A DNA stretch of 51,879 nucleotides from an uncultured Gammaproteobacteria bacterium (GTDB lineage Bacteria > Patescibacteriota > Patescibacteriia > CAYHVQ01). The position numbers were made by a program, and so were the translations under genes. The stretch spans positions 1-51,879 of the forward strand of contig CAYHVQ010000002.1 in assembly GCA_964360435.1 (NCBI GenBank), written 5' to 3'. Position 1 is the stretch's first letter. Every line of letters begins with the position of its first letter. The notes beneath the pieces were generated by a model. It had not been told where the DNA came from. It saw only the letters and a program-made list of their open reading frames with translations, and made no database searches. Shown in pieces: positions 36,212-45,331 of the stretch.

Positions 36212-39200
36212 TTAGAATGTTTCAGGAAGTGAAAACGCGGGATTGGACGGATCAATGCGATAATTATAGCATGAGCAATCACTGTCGCCGGAACAGTAAT
36301 CCACGCCTCGCACATCGGATTGAATCCAGTTGCCTTGCGGATGCGCATACTCCAGCGCGGTGAACAATTCTGCCGTGTCCGCATTACTGTACCGATAGTG
36401 ATACAGCCGCGCCCCGGTCTCGCATTGGAACAACTTTGCGCTTTCATTCCAGCAGGTTTCTTCGGCATAACCCAATTCCTCGACGCAACGGGATGCGTGA
36501 ACAAAGCCCGGAGCCGGATCATCTGGTAAACTTTTTTTCAAATCTCGACCGAGTGTCTGATTCCAAGACGGCCAGCGACTCGTCGAATGTGATGGGAGAT
36601 ACGTCCCAGCGTTGAGCATCGGGTAGGTGCTATTTGTTTCTTTATATTCCGCAAGAAAACTGCCGATTTCCCCCAAATCCGTAATCCGCTTGGTATCCCG
36701 AACAAGACACGCTTTATTCGAATCGCTTCCACACATCCCATCCACATTCGTGTTAAACACCGCCTGATCGAGAAGCTGTTCGTAAATTTTCACAAGATCC
36801 GAGTCCGTACTCCCGTCCGCGTTTTTCGCGTACGAGAATACCATGATATTCGGGAACGGTGCATACCCATTCATCAATGCGTTCGTAGCCAACGTGTACG
36901 TCGTGCGTCCTTGAAAAATCGCCGCGTATCCATCAACCGTGCGGCTACCCAACGACCCGGATTTCTCCAAAATACTTTCATTCAAATCATACCAGCGCTT
37001 GGGAGACAAAAAGCGATAATTTTCCCAAATCTGGACGCCGACCGCCAAATCCTCCTTCTCGCCTTCGCCCGGCAGAACAAAGAACCGCTGCTGCAACAGT
37101 TCATCTTTATCCGAATCGCGGGGGGTGTAATCCACAACGTAATCATTCCCCACATTGCCTTCTAAATAAGGAAGGAGGTTCGCTTCATCGTTTCCTCGGC
37201 AGTAGGAAAGACGATAATGATACGCGGCATCATCTTGAAATTCCCAAGGGTGTTCACAAAGATCCACCGTCACATTCACTGTCGAACTCCCTTCACCTGC
37301 ATAGCCGTACTCTTGTTCTGTAATCTCCTCATTCACGCTCGCTTCCACAATCGCCGTTCCATTCTCATTCGCGGCCGAAACATCCGTCCAATCCCACGGA
37401 AGATTCGGCCGGGTGTTCAGGGTCAAAAGATTGTCCGGATCGTCCGCCAAGACTACCCACGCAAATGCGGCGTTCAGGACATGATCATCCTCGCTGACGG
37501 CGCGCGCGGTATAGCGATGCGGAATGCCCGAAGCGGTAAAAAGATCGGAGGCCGTCTCTATGCCATCCACGTCAATCCGAACATCATCAATATTGCAAAT
37601 ATCCCGACCCACATCAAAGGTTTTGACGGCGTCGCCATTCATGCCAACATGTTGCTTGGAGAGCACGCCTTCAGGTCTGTTGTCGGATGTATTGGGATCT
37701 CCCTTGACGGTGATGCGGTACGTTGAGCCGGCATCGAGCAGGGCGGGATCGAGCGTGAAAACCGCACGCGTCTTGTGAATCACTTGTTCCCCAAGGGTCT
37801 CACTCAACACCTCTGGGAGCACGGAAAAATTTACCACACACCACTGCGCGGCATTTGCAGAAATGAACGGCCGCCGCAGGATGGCAAAAAATTTCTGCCA
37901 ACGAGATGTTCCCGCATCTACCACATCATTACAGGATTGGACATCCGTATAGTACTCGATCGCAAACTGATCTTCTGTGATCGTATTGACATCCATCTCT
38001 TGATCGAATGTCACCGAAACTTGCGAATTCCGGCAAACCGGATCTGGATCGCTCACGGGTTCATAACGCTCCACCGTCGGGCGCGGATAGCAACACTTCA
38101 CGGGACTCAACCCTCCGCATCCCAGTGTTGCAACATCGGAACATTCATTGTCGGCTTGGCACCCGCACTGCGGTGCCTGAACCGTAAACGGCGCAGGAGT
38201 ACTTGCTTGCGCGTCTTTCTCAACCGTCACCGTCCCCAATCCCTCCGTCATATTGCGCGGCACGCGACAACGGATCTCACTTTCGGACCAAAGGTCAATC
38301 GTGGACTGCCGAATGTCCCCGCCAACCGCAAAATCTACTTGCCCGTCTCCACGTGCATCGTCAAAATTCTTTCCACGCAGTTTCACCGCATCATCATCAT
38401 ATCCCACCTCGGGATCCACAGCGCACACATCCGGCCGATCCACCGACAACACTTCAAACCCCGGGAATGGACTGGACTGGGATCCGCCTTCCGACACATC
38501 GCGGGTCAACGTGACAGTTCCATTCACCGCGTCATCCGTAAGATCCGACGTCTGCTCATTCGGCACTTCAATCACCACGCGCGTATTGGTCCAGGTATTC
38601 GCGCCGCAAACATTTTCTGGAGGAGTAAGACCTCGAGTGGCCGGCGGACCGTTGAATGTCACGATTCCAGATTTTTTTCCGAGCAGACATCCATTGATCC
38701 ACATCCAATCGCCGATCGCGTTCTTTTCCTCAATATCATTCATCACCGGCGTACAGAAACCGTCCACGCATTGACTTCCTGGACATTGTAGACCCACCTC
38801 GCAATCTTGATCTGTCTTACATGTAAACCCACCGATGGTCACGGTTAGATGTGCGGCATCTTCTTTCCCGCCATCTTCAACGGCGCGAATATCCGACTCG
38901 CCGTCCTCGCTCGTCAATTTCACCGTCGCGGTATGATCAAAATCCGGAACACCTCCGCGCGTGATGGATTGAACGGCCGGAGAAACGCTCGCGTTCCAGC
39001 TGAATGTGTACGGCACTGGATCTCCCCGTTGTTCGCGTTCGGAGCAGGCGGTATTATCTAAATAAGCGTCCGCGCGATAAGGGATGTCGGCCGTCGTCAC
39101 TGCTAAATAGTCATCCGGCTCCACGGCAATCCGCGACAACGCGCACGGAGTCGCATCGTTCTTCGTCTTAAATCTCCATGAAAACGCATCAAACGCGATA

Positions 39201-41986
39201 TTGCGATCCTCGTCAAAATTCAAGTTTCCCAACGGTTGATCGCCGTCCGCGGATCGAATGGAATTCCGTACAAGCACGCGGTACCATGCATCCGGCGTCA
39301 AAGTCGCATTGGGTGTAAGGGTAAACTGTTCGGTCGGAGAACGGCCATCCGTATCCACGCGGGAAGGAACAGCGGACAAATTTCCGGCCTCGCACAAACT
39401 GTCCGCGCATCGGTAGAGCCCAATGGACGAGATGTTCACGCCGGACGTGACCACCGGAAGAGTAAATTCTCCATAAACCAATGCGTTGATGCAGGACAGC
39501 TGGCATGTCGGGCCGTAATTCGTCACTTGCGGCTTCCCCGGCTCCGGCTCGGTCACGGTGAATGGCACGGCATTACTCTTGGCGCCGGTTTTCGTTTGTA
39601 CCTGAACAGGATGACTAGCAGCCCACAGGACATCCGGAACGTCATTGCGCGTGATCAAAGTTTCCTCCCAGCCCCTCCACGTGGTCGAAGGGAAAAGTCC
39701 ACCGTAAAGAATGCGGCTCAATCCCGTGCCGTCACCAAACCGCTCACCCGTTAAATTCACTTGCGTGGAAATATCGCCTCGATTCGGTTGAACCATGTAA
39801 AGACAGGGGCCGGTATAATCACCCGCAATAATCGGAAAAGATTCAGGCGGACTGTCCAAAGACCCAATCGGAGACGGGTGAACCGCCCGCACAACCACAT
39901 TCGCGCTTCCCAATCCCACACCCGGAACCGTCGTAACAATGGATTGATCATTCCAGTTCTCTCCAAAAACATTCGCCGCGATCCCTTTAAACGTCACTTG
40001 CTCGCCGGCGTCCAAGATGGGAGTAAAATTCCGACCGAACACCGTCACACACCGGCCGACTTCGCCTTCCGGCGGATCAATCCGCGTGATGAACGGAGGA
40101 TTGGCGCACTGACCCGCGGGCTTGACGCCAAAACTCCAGTTGCAAGGCTGATCGCCGGTTGCGCCACACGTTGCTTGCGCCCGATCTTTTTCTGTCTGCG
40201 AGAGCGGCGCGGGACTCGCAGGCGACGTTCCCCCGTAAAGCAATGGCGTGCGATTCATGTTGACTGGCATATCTGTGCGCAGCCCCACGGCGTATGTTTG
40301 ATCTACAGGAAGGAAATCTCCATAAAATTCAAAATTACGACACTTATTCTCCGGATCCTCGCAGGCGAAACAGAAATCCTCGCCGTTCACATCCAGCTCT
40401 TTTGCGGAATTCGTGATTTCCCCTTCCAAAACAAACCCTCCATGCGTATCTCCCATTACTTGACATGTGCTTGCGGAGAGGCGATACATGGATTGATTAA
40501 ACTTTGCCGTCACTGGAATATCGGAGCATGCGTAAGGATACTGATCGGGCGGGGAGACAACCTGCACGCGCGGCTCTGTGGCGTTCGTCTGAAATCGCCA
40601 ATCCGAAAGCGGATCAGCACGATTGCCGCATAAATCCATGATTCCAGCGACCTCCATATCATACCAGGTAAATTTATCGAACAACGGATGCGAACCCTCA
40701 ACGCAGTTCGACGGAACTGTACAGGTATTCGGATTTTGGTCACAAGGAACCCCCGCATTCAGCTCGGAGGCATCTTCTTTGCACGCCTTTCCGACATTCA
40801 ACTGAAACAAAAGAGCGTTATTCTCTTTATAAACCATGTAATCCTGATACAAATACCGCACGTCCTCCGATCCTCCGATTCCATTAGGTGCTGGGGGGTT
40901 GGCGATCATGGGAGAAATGAACAAATTTTCCTGATTGAGCGCCACAATCGGCTCGCTGTATTCCACCTTCATCATCGGATACAAAGGAACCGCGCGATCC
41001 GGATATTCCGGGTCGCCGAGCTGAACCGGATAGATCTTCACGATCTCCGGAGGCGTCGTGTCATTTTGGGTTCCAGTAGAAAACTCCCAAATAAAATTGT
41101 CGCCGCGATCCTGACAGCCAGGGTCAATGCACTTCGTGAGGTATTTTGGCGCGGCGTCCGTATTAAAAATCTTCTGGTTACCTATGCCCTTCGGAATTAC
41201 GACCCGATAATCCCAATTCGGCTTGAAATCCAGCCCCACATGCCAAAACGCCAGCGTCTTCTGCTTGAGCGTCCACTCGTGCCGTCCGTCGCCAACAAAA
41301 TTCTTTCCGCTGTAAAACTGGACATTCGGATCCATCGCGCCATAATTATTCGTCCGGCTGCAATCCCCATCCGTTTCTAAACATTTTTCCAAATGGACTT
41401 GTTTGGGATCCGTCACAAGATTTCCCTCCCCTTGCGGAAAGATTAACCCCGCGTTCAGATTATGGTTGAAGTTCACCTGAACCGAGCTGCACAAAAACAC
41501 GTTCTTCTGATAATTCAGGCCATCACCGCAGGATGTTTCGATCTTTGTCACCGTCAGCTGGGTGGGATCAAGCCCTCCGCCACCGCAAGTTGGGCAATCC
41601 CCGCCCGGAGGATGATCATCCGTGACCGTGTCAAAAAAATTCTGCACAAAAAGCACAATCGCCCAAGAGAGGAGAATAATCACGAGTCCAATAACGGTAT
41701 TTCGAATCACTAGCTTCGCACGATCAATTTTGGCCTTATCCCCCGCGGCTGTCATCCACAAAAACCCCGCGTAGATCAGAAGAATTACCGCGACCAATCC
41801 TAAAAGACCCAAAACCCACTGGATGACGGTAATCACAATCTGGATTAAATCCCCCTCGACCAGTCCAAAAGTCTGTCCAAAATCCGCTACCTCAACCGCA
41901 AACACCGATGACCGCCAGAATCCAAACACAACCGCCCCCAGAAGCAAACCTCGAACAAATACGCGCGGAATGGTTTTTATTTTCAT
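36212..41986 (-). CDS. giant (1,924 aa) Cys-rich surface protein with a VirB2/TrbC-like pilin N-terminus and IPT/TIG and Ig-like arrays
   Basis: A single uninterrupted ORF. The N-terminal two-TM hairpin is WVLGLLGLVAVILLIYAGFLWMTAAGDKAKIDRAKLVIRNTVIGLVIILLSWAIVLF. IPT-like modules include PPFITRIDPPEGEVGRCVTVFGRNF and CAVDPEVGYDDDAVKLRGKNF. An Ig-like module is PTVERYEPVSDPDPVCRNSQVSVTFDQEMD. Confidence 0.85.
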   Translation of the reverse strand: MKIKTIPRVFVRGLLLGAVVFGFWRSSVFAVEVADFGQTFGLVEGDLIQIVITVIQWVLGLLGLVAVILLIYAGFLWMTAAGDKAKIDRAKLVIRNTVIGLVIILLSWAIVLFVQNFFDTVTDDHPPGGDCPTCGGGGLDPTQLTVTKIETSCGDGLNYQKNVFLCSSVQVNFNHNLNAGLIFPQGEGNLVTDPKQVHLEKCLETDGDCSRTNNYGAMDPNVQFYSGKNFVGDGRHEWTLKQKTLAFWHVGLDFKPNWDYRVVIPKGIGNQKIFNTDAAPKYLTKCIDPGCQDRGDNFIWEFSTGTQNDTTPPEIVKIYPVQLGDPEYPDRAVPLYPMMKVEYSEPIVALNQENLFISPMIANPPAPNGIGGSEDVRYLYQDYMVYKENNALLFQLNVGKACKEDASELNAGVPCDQNPNTCTVPSNCVEGSHPLFDKFTWYDMEVAGIMDLCGNRADPLSDWRFQTNATEPRVQVVSPPDQYPYACSDIPVTAKFNQSMYRLSASTCQVMGDTHGGFVLEGEITNSAKELDVNGEDFCFACEDPENKCRNFEFYGDFLPVDQTYAVGLRTDMPVNMNRTPLLYGGTSPASPAPLSQTEKDRAQATCGATGDQPCNWSFGVKPAGQCANPPFITRIDPPEGEVGRCVTVFGRNFTPILDAGEQVTFKGIAANVFGENWNDQSIVTTVPGVGLGSANVVVRAVHPSPIGSLDSPPESFPIIAGDYTGPCLYMVQPNRGDISTQVNLTGERFGDGTGLSRILYGGLFPSTTWRGWEETLITRNDVPDVLWAASHPVQVQTKTGAKSNAVPFTVTEPEPGKPQVTNYGPTCQLSCINALVYGEFTLPVVTSGVNISSIGLYRCADSLCEAGNLSAVPSRVDTDGRSPTEQFTLTPNATLTPDAWYRVLVRNSIRSADGDQPLGNLNFDEDRNIAFDAFSWRFKTKNDATPCALSRIAVEPDDYLAVTTADIPYRADAYLDNTACSEREQRGDPVPYTFSWNASVSPAVQSITRGGVPDFDHTATVKLTSEDGESDIRAVEDGGKEDAAHLTVTIGGFTCKTDQDCEVGLQCPGSQCVDGFCTPVMNDIEEKNAIGDWMWINGCLLGKKSGIVTFNGPPATRGLTPPENVCGANTWTNTRVVIEVPNEQTSDLTDDAVNGTVTLTRDVSEGGSQSSPFPGFEVLSVDRPDVCAVDPEVGYDDDAVKLRGKNFDDARGDGQVDFAVGGDIRQSTIDLWSESEIRCRVPRNMTEGLGTVTVEKDAQASTPAPFTVQAPQCGCQADNECSDVATLGCGGLSPVKCCYPRPTVERYEPVSDPDPVCRNSQVSVTFDQEMDVNTITEDQFAIEYYTDVQSCNDVVDAGTSRWQKFFAILRRPFISANAAQWCVVNFSVLPEVLSETLGEQVIHKTRAVFTLDPALLDAGSTYRITVKGDPNTSDNRPEGVLSKQHVGMNGDAVKTFDVGRDICNIDDVRIDVDGIETASDLFTASGIPHRYTARAVSEDDHVLNAAFAWVVLADDPDNLLTLNTRPNLPWDWTDVSAANENGTAIVEASVNEEITEQEYGYAGEGSSTVNVTVDLCEHPWEFQDDAAYHYRLSYCRGNDEANLLPYLEGNVGNDYVVDYTPRDSDKDELLQQRFFVLPGEGEKEDLAVGVQIWENYRFLSPKRWYDLNESILEKSGSLGSRTVDGYAAIFQGRTTYTLATNALMNGYAPFPNIMVFSYAKNADGSTDSDLVKIYEQLLDQAVFNTNVDGMCGSDSNKACLVRDTKRITDLGEIGSFLAEYKETNSTYPMLNAGTYLPSHSTSRWPSWNQTLGRDLKKSLPDDPAPGFVHASRCVEELGYAEETCWNESAKLFQCETGARLYHYRYSNADTAELFTALEYAHPQGNWIQSDVRGVDYCSGDSDCSCYNYRIDPSNPAFSLPETF

Positions 41987-42007
41987 ACCTCCATTGACAC
42001 TAGAACG

Positions 42008-42451
42008 CTAGGATGAGAGGAGTCGTTTAAGAATTTCACTCACGCGGCCGCCATCCGCTTGACCCTTCAAGCGCGCCATGGCCATTCCCATGGCCGAACC
42101 AAAATCTTGCACCGTCCACTCTTGCTCTGCAATGAGCTTTTGAACCGCCGTCTCGATCTCTGCATCACTCAATTGTTGGGGAAGATACGCCTCCAATATT
42201 TTTAACTCCGCTTCCTCTCGCGATCGCAAATCTTCCCGTCCCGCTTGCGCCACCGCCATAATCGTCTCTCGATGTTTTTTTGCCTCCCGCTGAATTTCCT
42301 TTAAAACCTCCTCATCAGCCAGTTCCTTCCCAGCCGCGATCTTCGCATTTTTGAGAGCCGCTTTCACCATACGCAAAACCGACACCCGAAGCTCCTCTTT
42401 TGCTTTAAGGGCATCAATGTAATCCTTCTCAATACGCGCAAGGACGGTCAT
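42008..42451 (-). CDS. yqeY: GatB/YqeY domain protein
   Basis: Pattern IEKDYIDALKAKEELRVSVLRMVKAALKN...EIQREAKKHRE; 147 aa. Confidence 0.85.
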   Translation of the reverse strand: MTVLARIEKDYIDALKAKEELRVSVLRMVKAALKNAKIAAGKELADEEVLKEIQREAKKHRETIMAVAQAGREDLRSREEAELKILEAYLPQQLSDAEIETAVQKLIAEQEWTVQDFGSAMGMAMARLKGQADGGRVSEILKRLLSS

Positions 42452-42471
42452 GGAAGGCTCTTGCCAAGGAG

Positions 42472-42729
42472 TTAACCGCGCGGGGAAGAACGATGATAGC
42501 GCCGATCCTTTGTCTCATCAAGTTTTCCAATCTTCTTCAGATATTCGCGTTTGGATCGGATCTTATTGCGACGAAGTGCGGAAACTCTACGTTGCTCGCG
42601 GCTCTTCGAGGGTTCTTGATATTGACCTTTTTTAACTTCAATAAGGACTCCAGAAAGCTGCACGCGCTTCGTAAATCGGCGCAGAAGAGACTCTGTGGAC
42701 TCATTATCTTTTTTGCGGACTTCTACCAC
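42472..42729 (-). CDS. rpsU: 30S ribosomal protein S21
   Basis: VEVRKKDNESTESLLRRFTKRVQLSGVLIEVKKGQYQEPSKSREQRR. GTG start with AAAGGTGG 10 nt upstream. Confidence 0.85.
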   Translation of the reverse strand: MVEVRKKDNESTESLLRRFTKRVQLSGVLIEVKKGQYQEPSKSREQRRVSALRRNKIRSKREYLKKIGKLDETKDRRYHRSSPRG

Positions 42730-42807
42730 TGATTGAACACCACCTTTCTTTGATTAAGTAAATGAAGATAAAAAAAATATACCACGAAGCCTTTGATCCG
42801 TCAACAG

Positions 42808-43137
42808 CTATTCTTTGAGTTTTTCCCCGCCTAAAATATGAATGTGAAAATGAAAAACACTCTGCCCAGCCTCGGCGCCCGTATTGATCACCACGCGAAA
42901 CGCCGGAAGTCCTTTTTGCTGTGCAACACTTCGTCCCACCATGAGCGCATGACCCAAGAGCGACTCGTCCGTAGGCTCCATTTCATCCAGGGACGCCCGA
43001 TGCTCGCGCGTTAGCACTAAGAGATGCACCGGCGCCTTCGGGTGAATATCCGGAATCACCGCCACCAGCTCATCTTCATAGACGAAGATCGAGGGTATTT
43101 CCCGACGAAGGATTTTGCAAAAAATACAATCGGTCAT
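42808..43137 (-). CDS. HIT-family (HinT-like) nucleotide hydrolase
   Basis: CIFCKILRREIPS and the histidine triad HFHIHILGG. Confidence 0.9.
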   Translation of the reverse strand: MTDCIFCKILRREIPSIFVYEDELVAVIPDIHPKAPVHLLVLTREHRASLDEMEPTDESLLGHALMVGRSVAQQKGLPAFRVVINTGAEAGQSVFHFHIHILGGEKLKE

Positions 43138-44567
43138 GATTCGCTCTCCTCGCTCACTTCTTCCCTTAAATCCTCAACGACCAACGCCTCATCTGGGGGT
43201 AGATCTTCCGGGGGAGTTTCCAGGATTTCTTCCGGGAGGCTTGTGGGGCGCGGGGAATTTGCCGCGCGTTCCAGACGCCGCTCCAGCTCCTTTGCAATCT
43301 TCCGCGCATCCACAATTTCCTGCGCGCCGTTTTCCATGTCGCGAATAATCACGGTGCGATCAATGATTTCTTTCTGCCCAAGAATAACCACAAATTTTGC
43401 TTGAAGCTTTGCCGCCATCGCCAGTTGCGGCTTCAACCCATTTTTTGTAAACTGCTGGGAAACGGCAAACCCCGCGCGCCGAAGGTCTTCAAACAACCGC
43501 AATGCTTTTTTCCGCGCACTTTCTCCGAGTTGCGAAACAAAAACATCAACGACATCCAGCGGGAGATCCGCGTGAATCGCCTGAAGTTTTGCTACCGTGC
43601 GATCCAAGCCCAAAGCGAAACCGCAAGCTGGCGTAGAACGGCCGCCCAAAAACTCAATCAGACCGTCATAACGCCCTCCGGCAAGTAAGGCGCTTTGACC
43701 GGTTTCATCGTCCGTAGCCCACAGCTCAAAGACCGTTCGTGTATAATAGTCCAACCCGCGGACAAGGCGCGGATTCAACGCATAGGTGATCTCGGATTCA
43801 TCGAGATACTCCAAAACCTGAACAAAATGCTCTCGCGATTCTTCATCTAAATAATCCACGATCTGTGGCGCCTCCTGGGCGATTTGCTGGCATGTCGGAA
43901 CCTTACAATCCAGAAGCCGCAACGGATTTTTCGTGAGGCGTTTTTGGCAATCCATGCATAGTTGGCGCTTTTTTGTTTTGTAATAATCCACCAGCACGTC
44001 TTTATATTTTTCGCGGCTTTGCGGCGTTCCAATGCTGTTGATTTGAACGACAACTTCAATTCCCAGGCTGTGATAAATCGCCACCGACAACACAATCAAC
44101 TCCGCGTCAACCATCGGTTGAGCGTCGCCGACCGTCTCAAAATCAAACTGCCAAAATTGCCGAAACCGTCCTGCTTGCGGCCGCTCATGCCGAAAACATG
44201 GACCACTGGTCATCAACTTCACCGGCTGGGGAAGATTCAGCATCCCGTGTTCAATATACGCGCGCGCAATCCCCGCGGTAAACTCGGGACGAAGGGAAAT
44301 ATGGTCTCCGCCCTGATCCACAAATGAATACATCTCCTTAGAGACAACGTCCGTAGAAGAGCCCAACGAACGTTGAAAAAGAGACGTCCGCTCCGCAATG
44401 GGAGGCAAGATCGTTTGAAATCCGTACGCCCGCCCAACTTGGTCAATCGTCTCCATCACATGCTTCCACATCCCCCCATCAGCAGGCAAAATATCCCGCA
44501 TCCCTCGCAAGAGCTGCGGCTTTGAAACTTTTCTCTGTTTTGTGCTCGATCGTTTTTGCGGTTGCAT
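43134..44567 (-). CDS. hisS: histidine--tRNA ligase (with an acidic C-terminal tail of about 50 aa)
   Basis: LRGMRDILPADGGMWKHV..., class II motifs (FRHERPQAGRFRQFWQ, GGRYDGL) and an anticodon-binding domain. The tail is EEILETPPEDLPPDEALVVEDLREEVSEESES. Confidence 0.93.
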   Translation of the reverse strand: MQPQKRSSTKQRKVSKPQLLRGMRDILPADGGMWKHVMETIDQVGRAYGFQTILPPIAERTSLFQRSLGSSTDVVSKEMYSFVDQGGDHISLRPEFTAGIARAYIEHGMLNLPQPVKLMTSGPCFRHERPQAGRFRQFWQFDFETVGDAQPMVDAELIVLSVAIYHSLGIEVVVQINSIGTPQSREKYKDVLVDYYKTKKRQLCMDCQKRLTKNPLRLLDCKVPTCQQIAQEAPQIVDYLDEESREHFVQVLEYLDESEITYALNPRLVRGLDYYTRTVFELWATDDETGQSALLAGGRYDGLIEFLGGRSTPACGFALGLDRTVAKLQAIHADLPLDVVDVFVSQLGESARKKALRLFEDLRRAGFAVSQQFTKNGLKPQLAMAAKLQAKFVVILGQKEIIDRTVIIRDMENGAQEIVDARKIAKELERRLERAANSPRPTSLPEEILETPPEDLPPDEALVVEDLREEVSEESES

Positions 44568-44585
44568 GAGTTCAATGTGAAAAAA

Positions 44586-45200
44586 TTATGATGCGTCCGT
44601 GGGTGTGTTGAAAATTTCTGCGCGAGACGGCGGCCAAGCACGAAGCCACACACGCCCAACGATTTCATTTTTTTGAAAAGCGCCGACGTAGCGCGAATCG
44701 TAACTATGCTCACGATTATCCCCCAGCACAAAATATTCTCCGGGTTTGAGCGTTACTGGCTCCCCATTCGATGTAGTGGTCGCCTCCTGGGGAATATAAC
44801 TCTCCTCCAACACCAGCCCCTTCGGATTTTCGGTGTTGATAATTTTGACCTGTCCGTTCTCGATTGCGACCTGTTCCCCGGGCAACCCAATCACGCGCTT
44901 AATAAAAAATTGTTTTTGATGATTCACGCGCGGATCCCGTAAAACGACAACCTCTCCTCGTGCGGGCTCGCGCAATCTGTAACTCAACTCGTCAACAATC
45001 AGATACTCATAATTATAAAAATTTGGCTCCATGGATTGCCCCTTTACATAAAACGGCTGAATTAAAAACGTCCGAACGGGGAGAATAATGGCGAGGGCAA
45101 TGGCCACCACTTTAATAATTTCCAAAAGAAAGACTGTTGTGGATCGCCAAACGGAAGGAGATTCCGGGACGCTCTGTGGTGAGCCCGTTTCATTCGTCAT
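44586..45200 (-). CDS. lepB: signal peptidase I
   Basis: Catalytic boxes KGQSMEPN and GDNREHSYDSRY. I chose the ATG at 45200; the track start at 45215 is TTG. Confidence 0.88.
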   Translation of the reverse strand: MTNETGSPQSVPESPSVWRSTTVFLLEIIKVVAIALAIILPVRTFLIQPFYVKGQSMEPNFYNYEYLIVDELSYRLREPARGEVVVLRDPRVNHQKQFFIKRVIGLPGEQVAIENGQVKIINTENPKGLVLEESYIPQEATTTSNGEPVTLKPGEYFVLGDNREHSYDSRYVGAFQKNEIVGRVWLRAWPPSRAEIFNTPTDAS

Positions 45201-45241
45201 GGCTGGAAGGATCAAAAAAAATAAAACACGGACATTGATCT

Positions 45242-45271
45242 ACTATACCAATAATAACCCTATAGCGTCAA
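45242..45271 (-). promoter_or_regulatory. candidate promoter at the head of the long minus-strand gene run
   Basis: The minus strand reads TTGACG (45271-45266), an 18-nt spacer ending in TGG, then TATAGT (45247-45242). It lies 42 nt upstream of the lepB ATG. Confidence 0.4.
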
Positions 45272-45286
45272 CCCCTGAAAATTTAT

Positions 45287-45314
45287 TTGCAAACTAAAGA
45301 TTTTCTTGTATAAT
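45287..45314 (+). promoter_or_regulatory. candidate promoter for the LCP-der-pth unit
   Basis: TTGCAA (45287-45292), a 16-nt spacer, then TATAAT (45309-45314), 17 nt upstream of the ATG at 45332. It is divergent from the lepB promoter. Confidence 0.4.
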
Positions 45315-45331
45315 AAAGGCTCAATTCGATA

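Noticed and set aside
36215-36229. C-terminal LPETF of the giant protein as a sortase (LPxTG) signal
   Set aside because: The motif is the very last five residues, with no following hydrophobic helix or basic tail and no Gly, so it is not a sorting signal.
37775-40633. 338-aa and 290-aa plus-strand ORFs (37775-38791, 39761-40633) and several shorter ones inside the giant gene
   Set aside because: They are antisense shadows of the 5.8-kb minus-strand ORF. They are Arg/His/Ile-rich with no start context or motifs.
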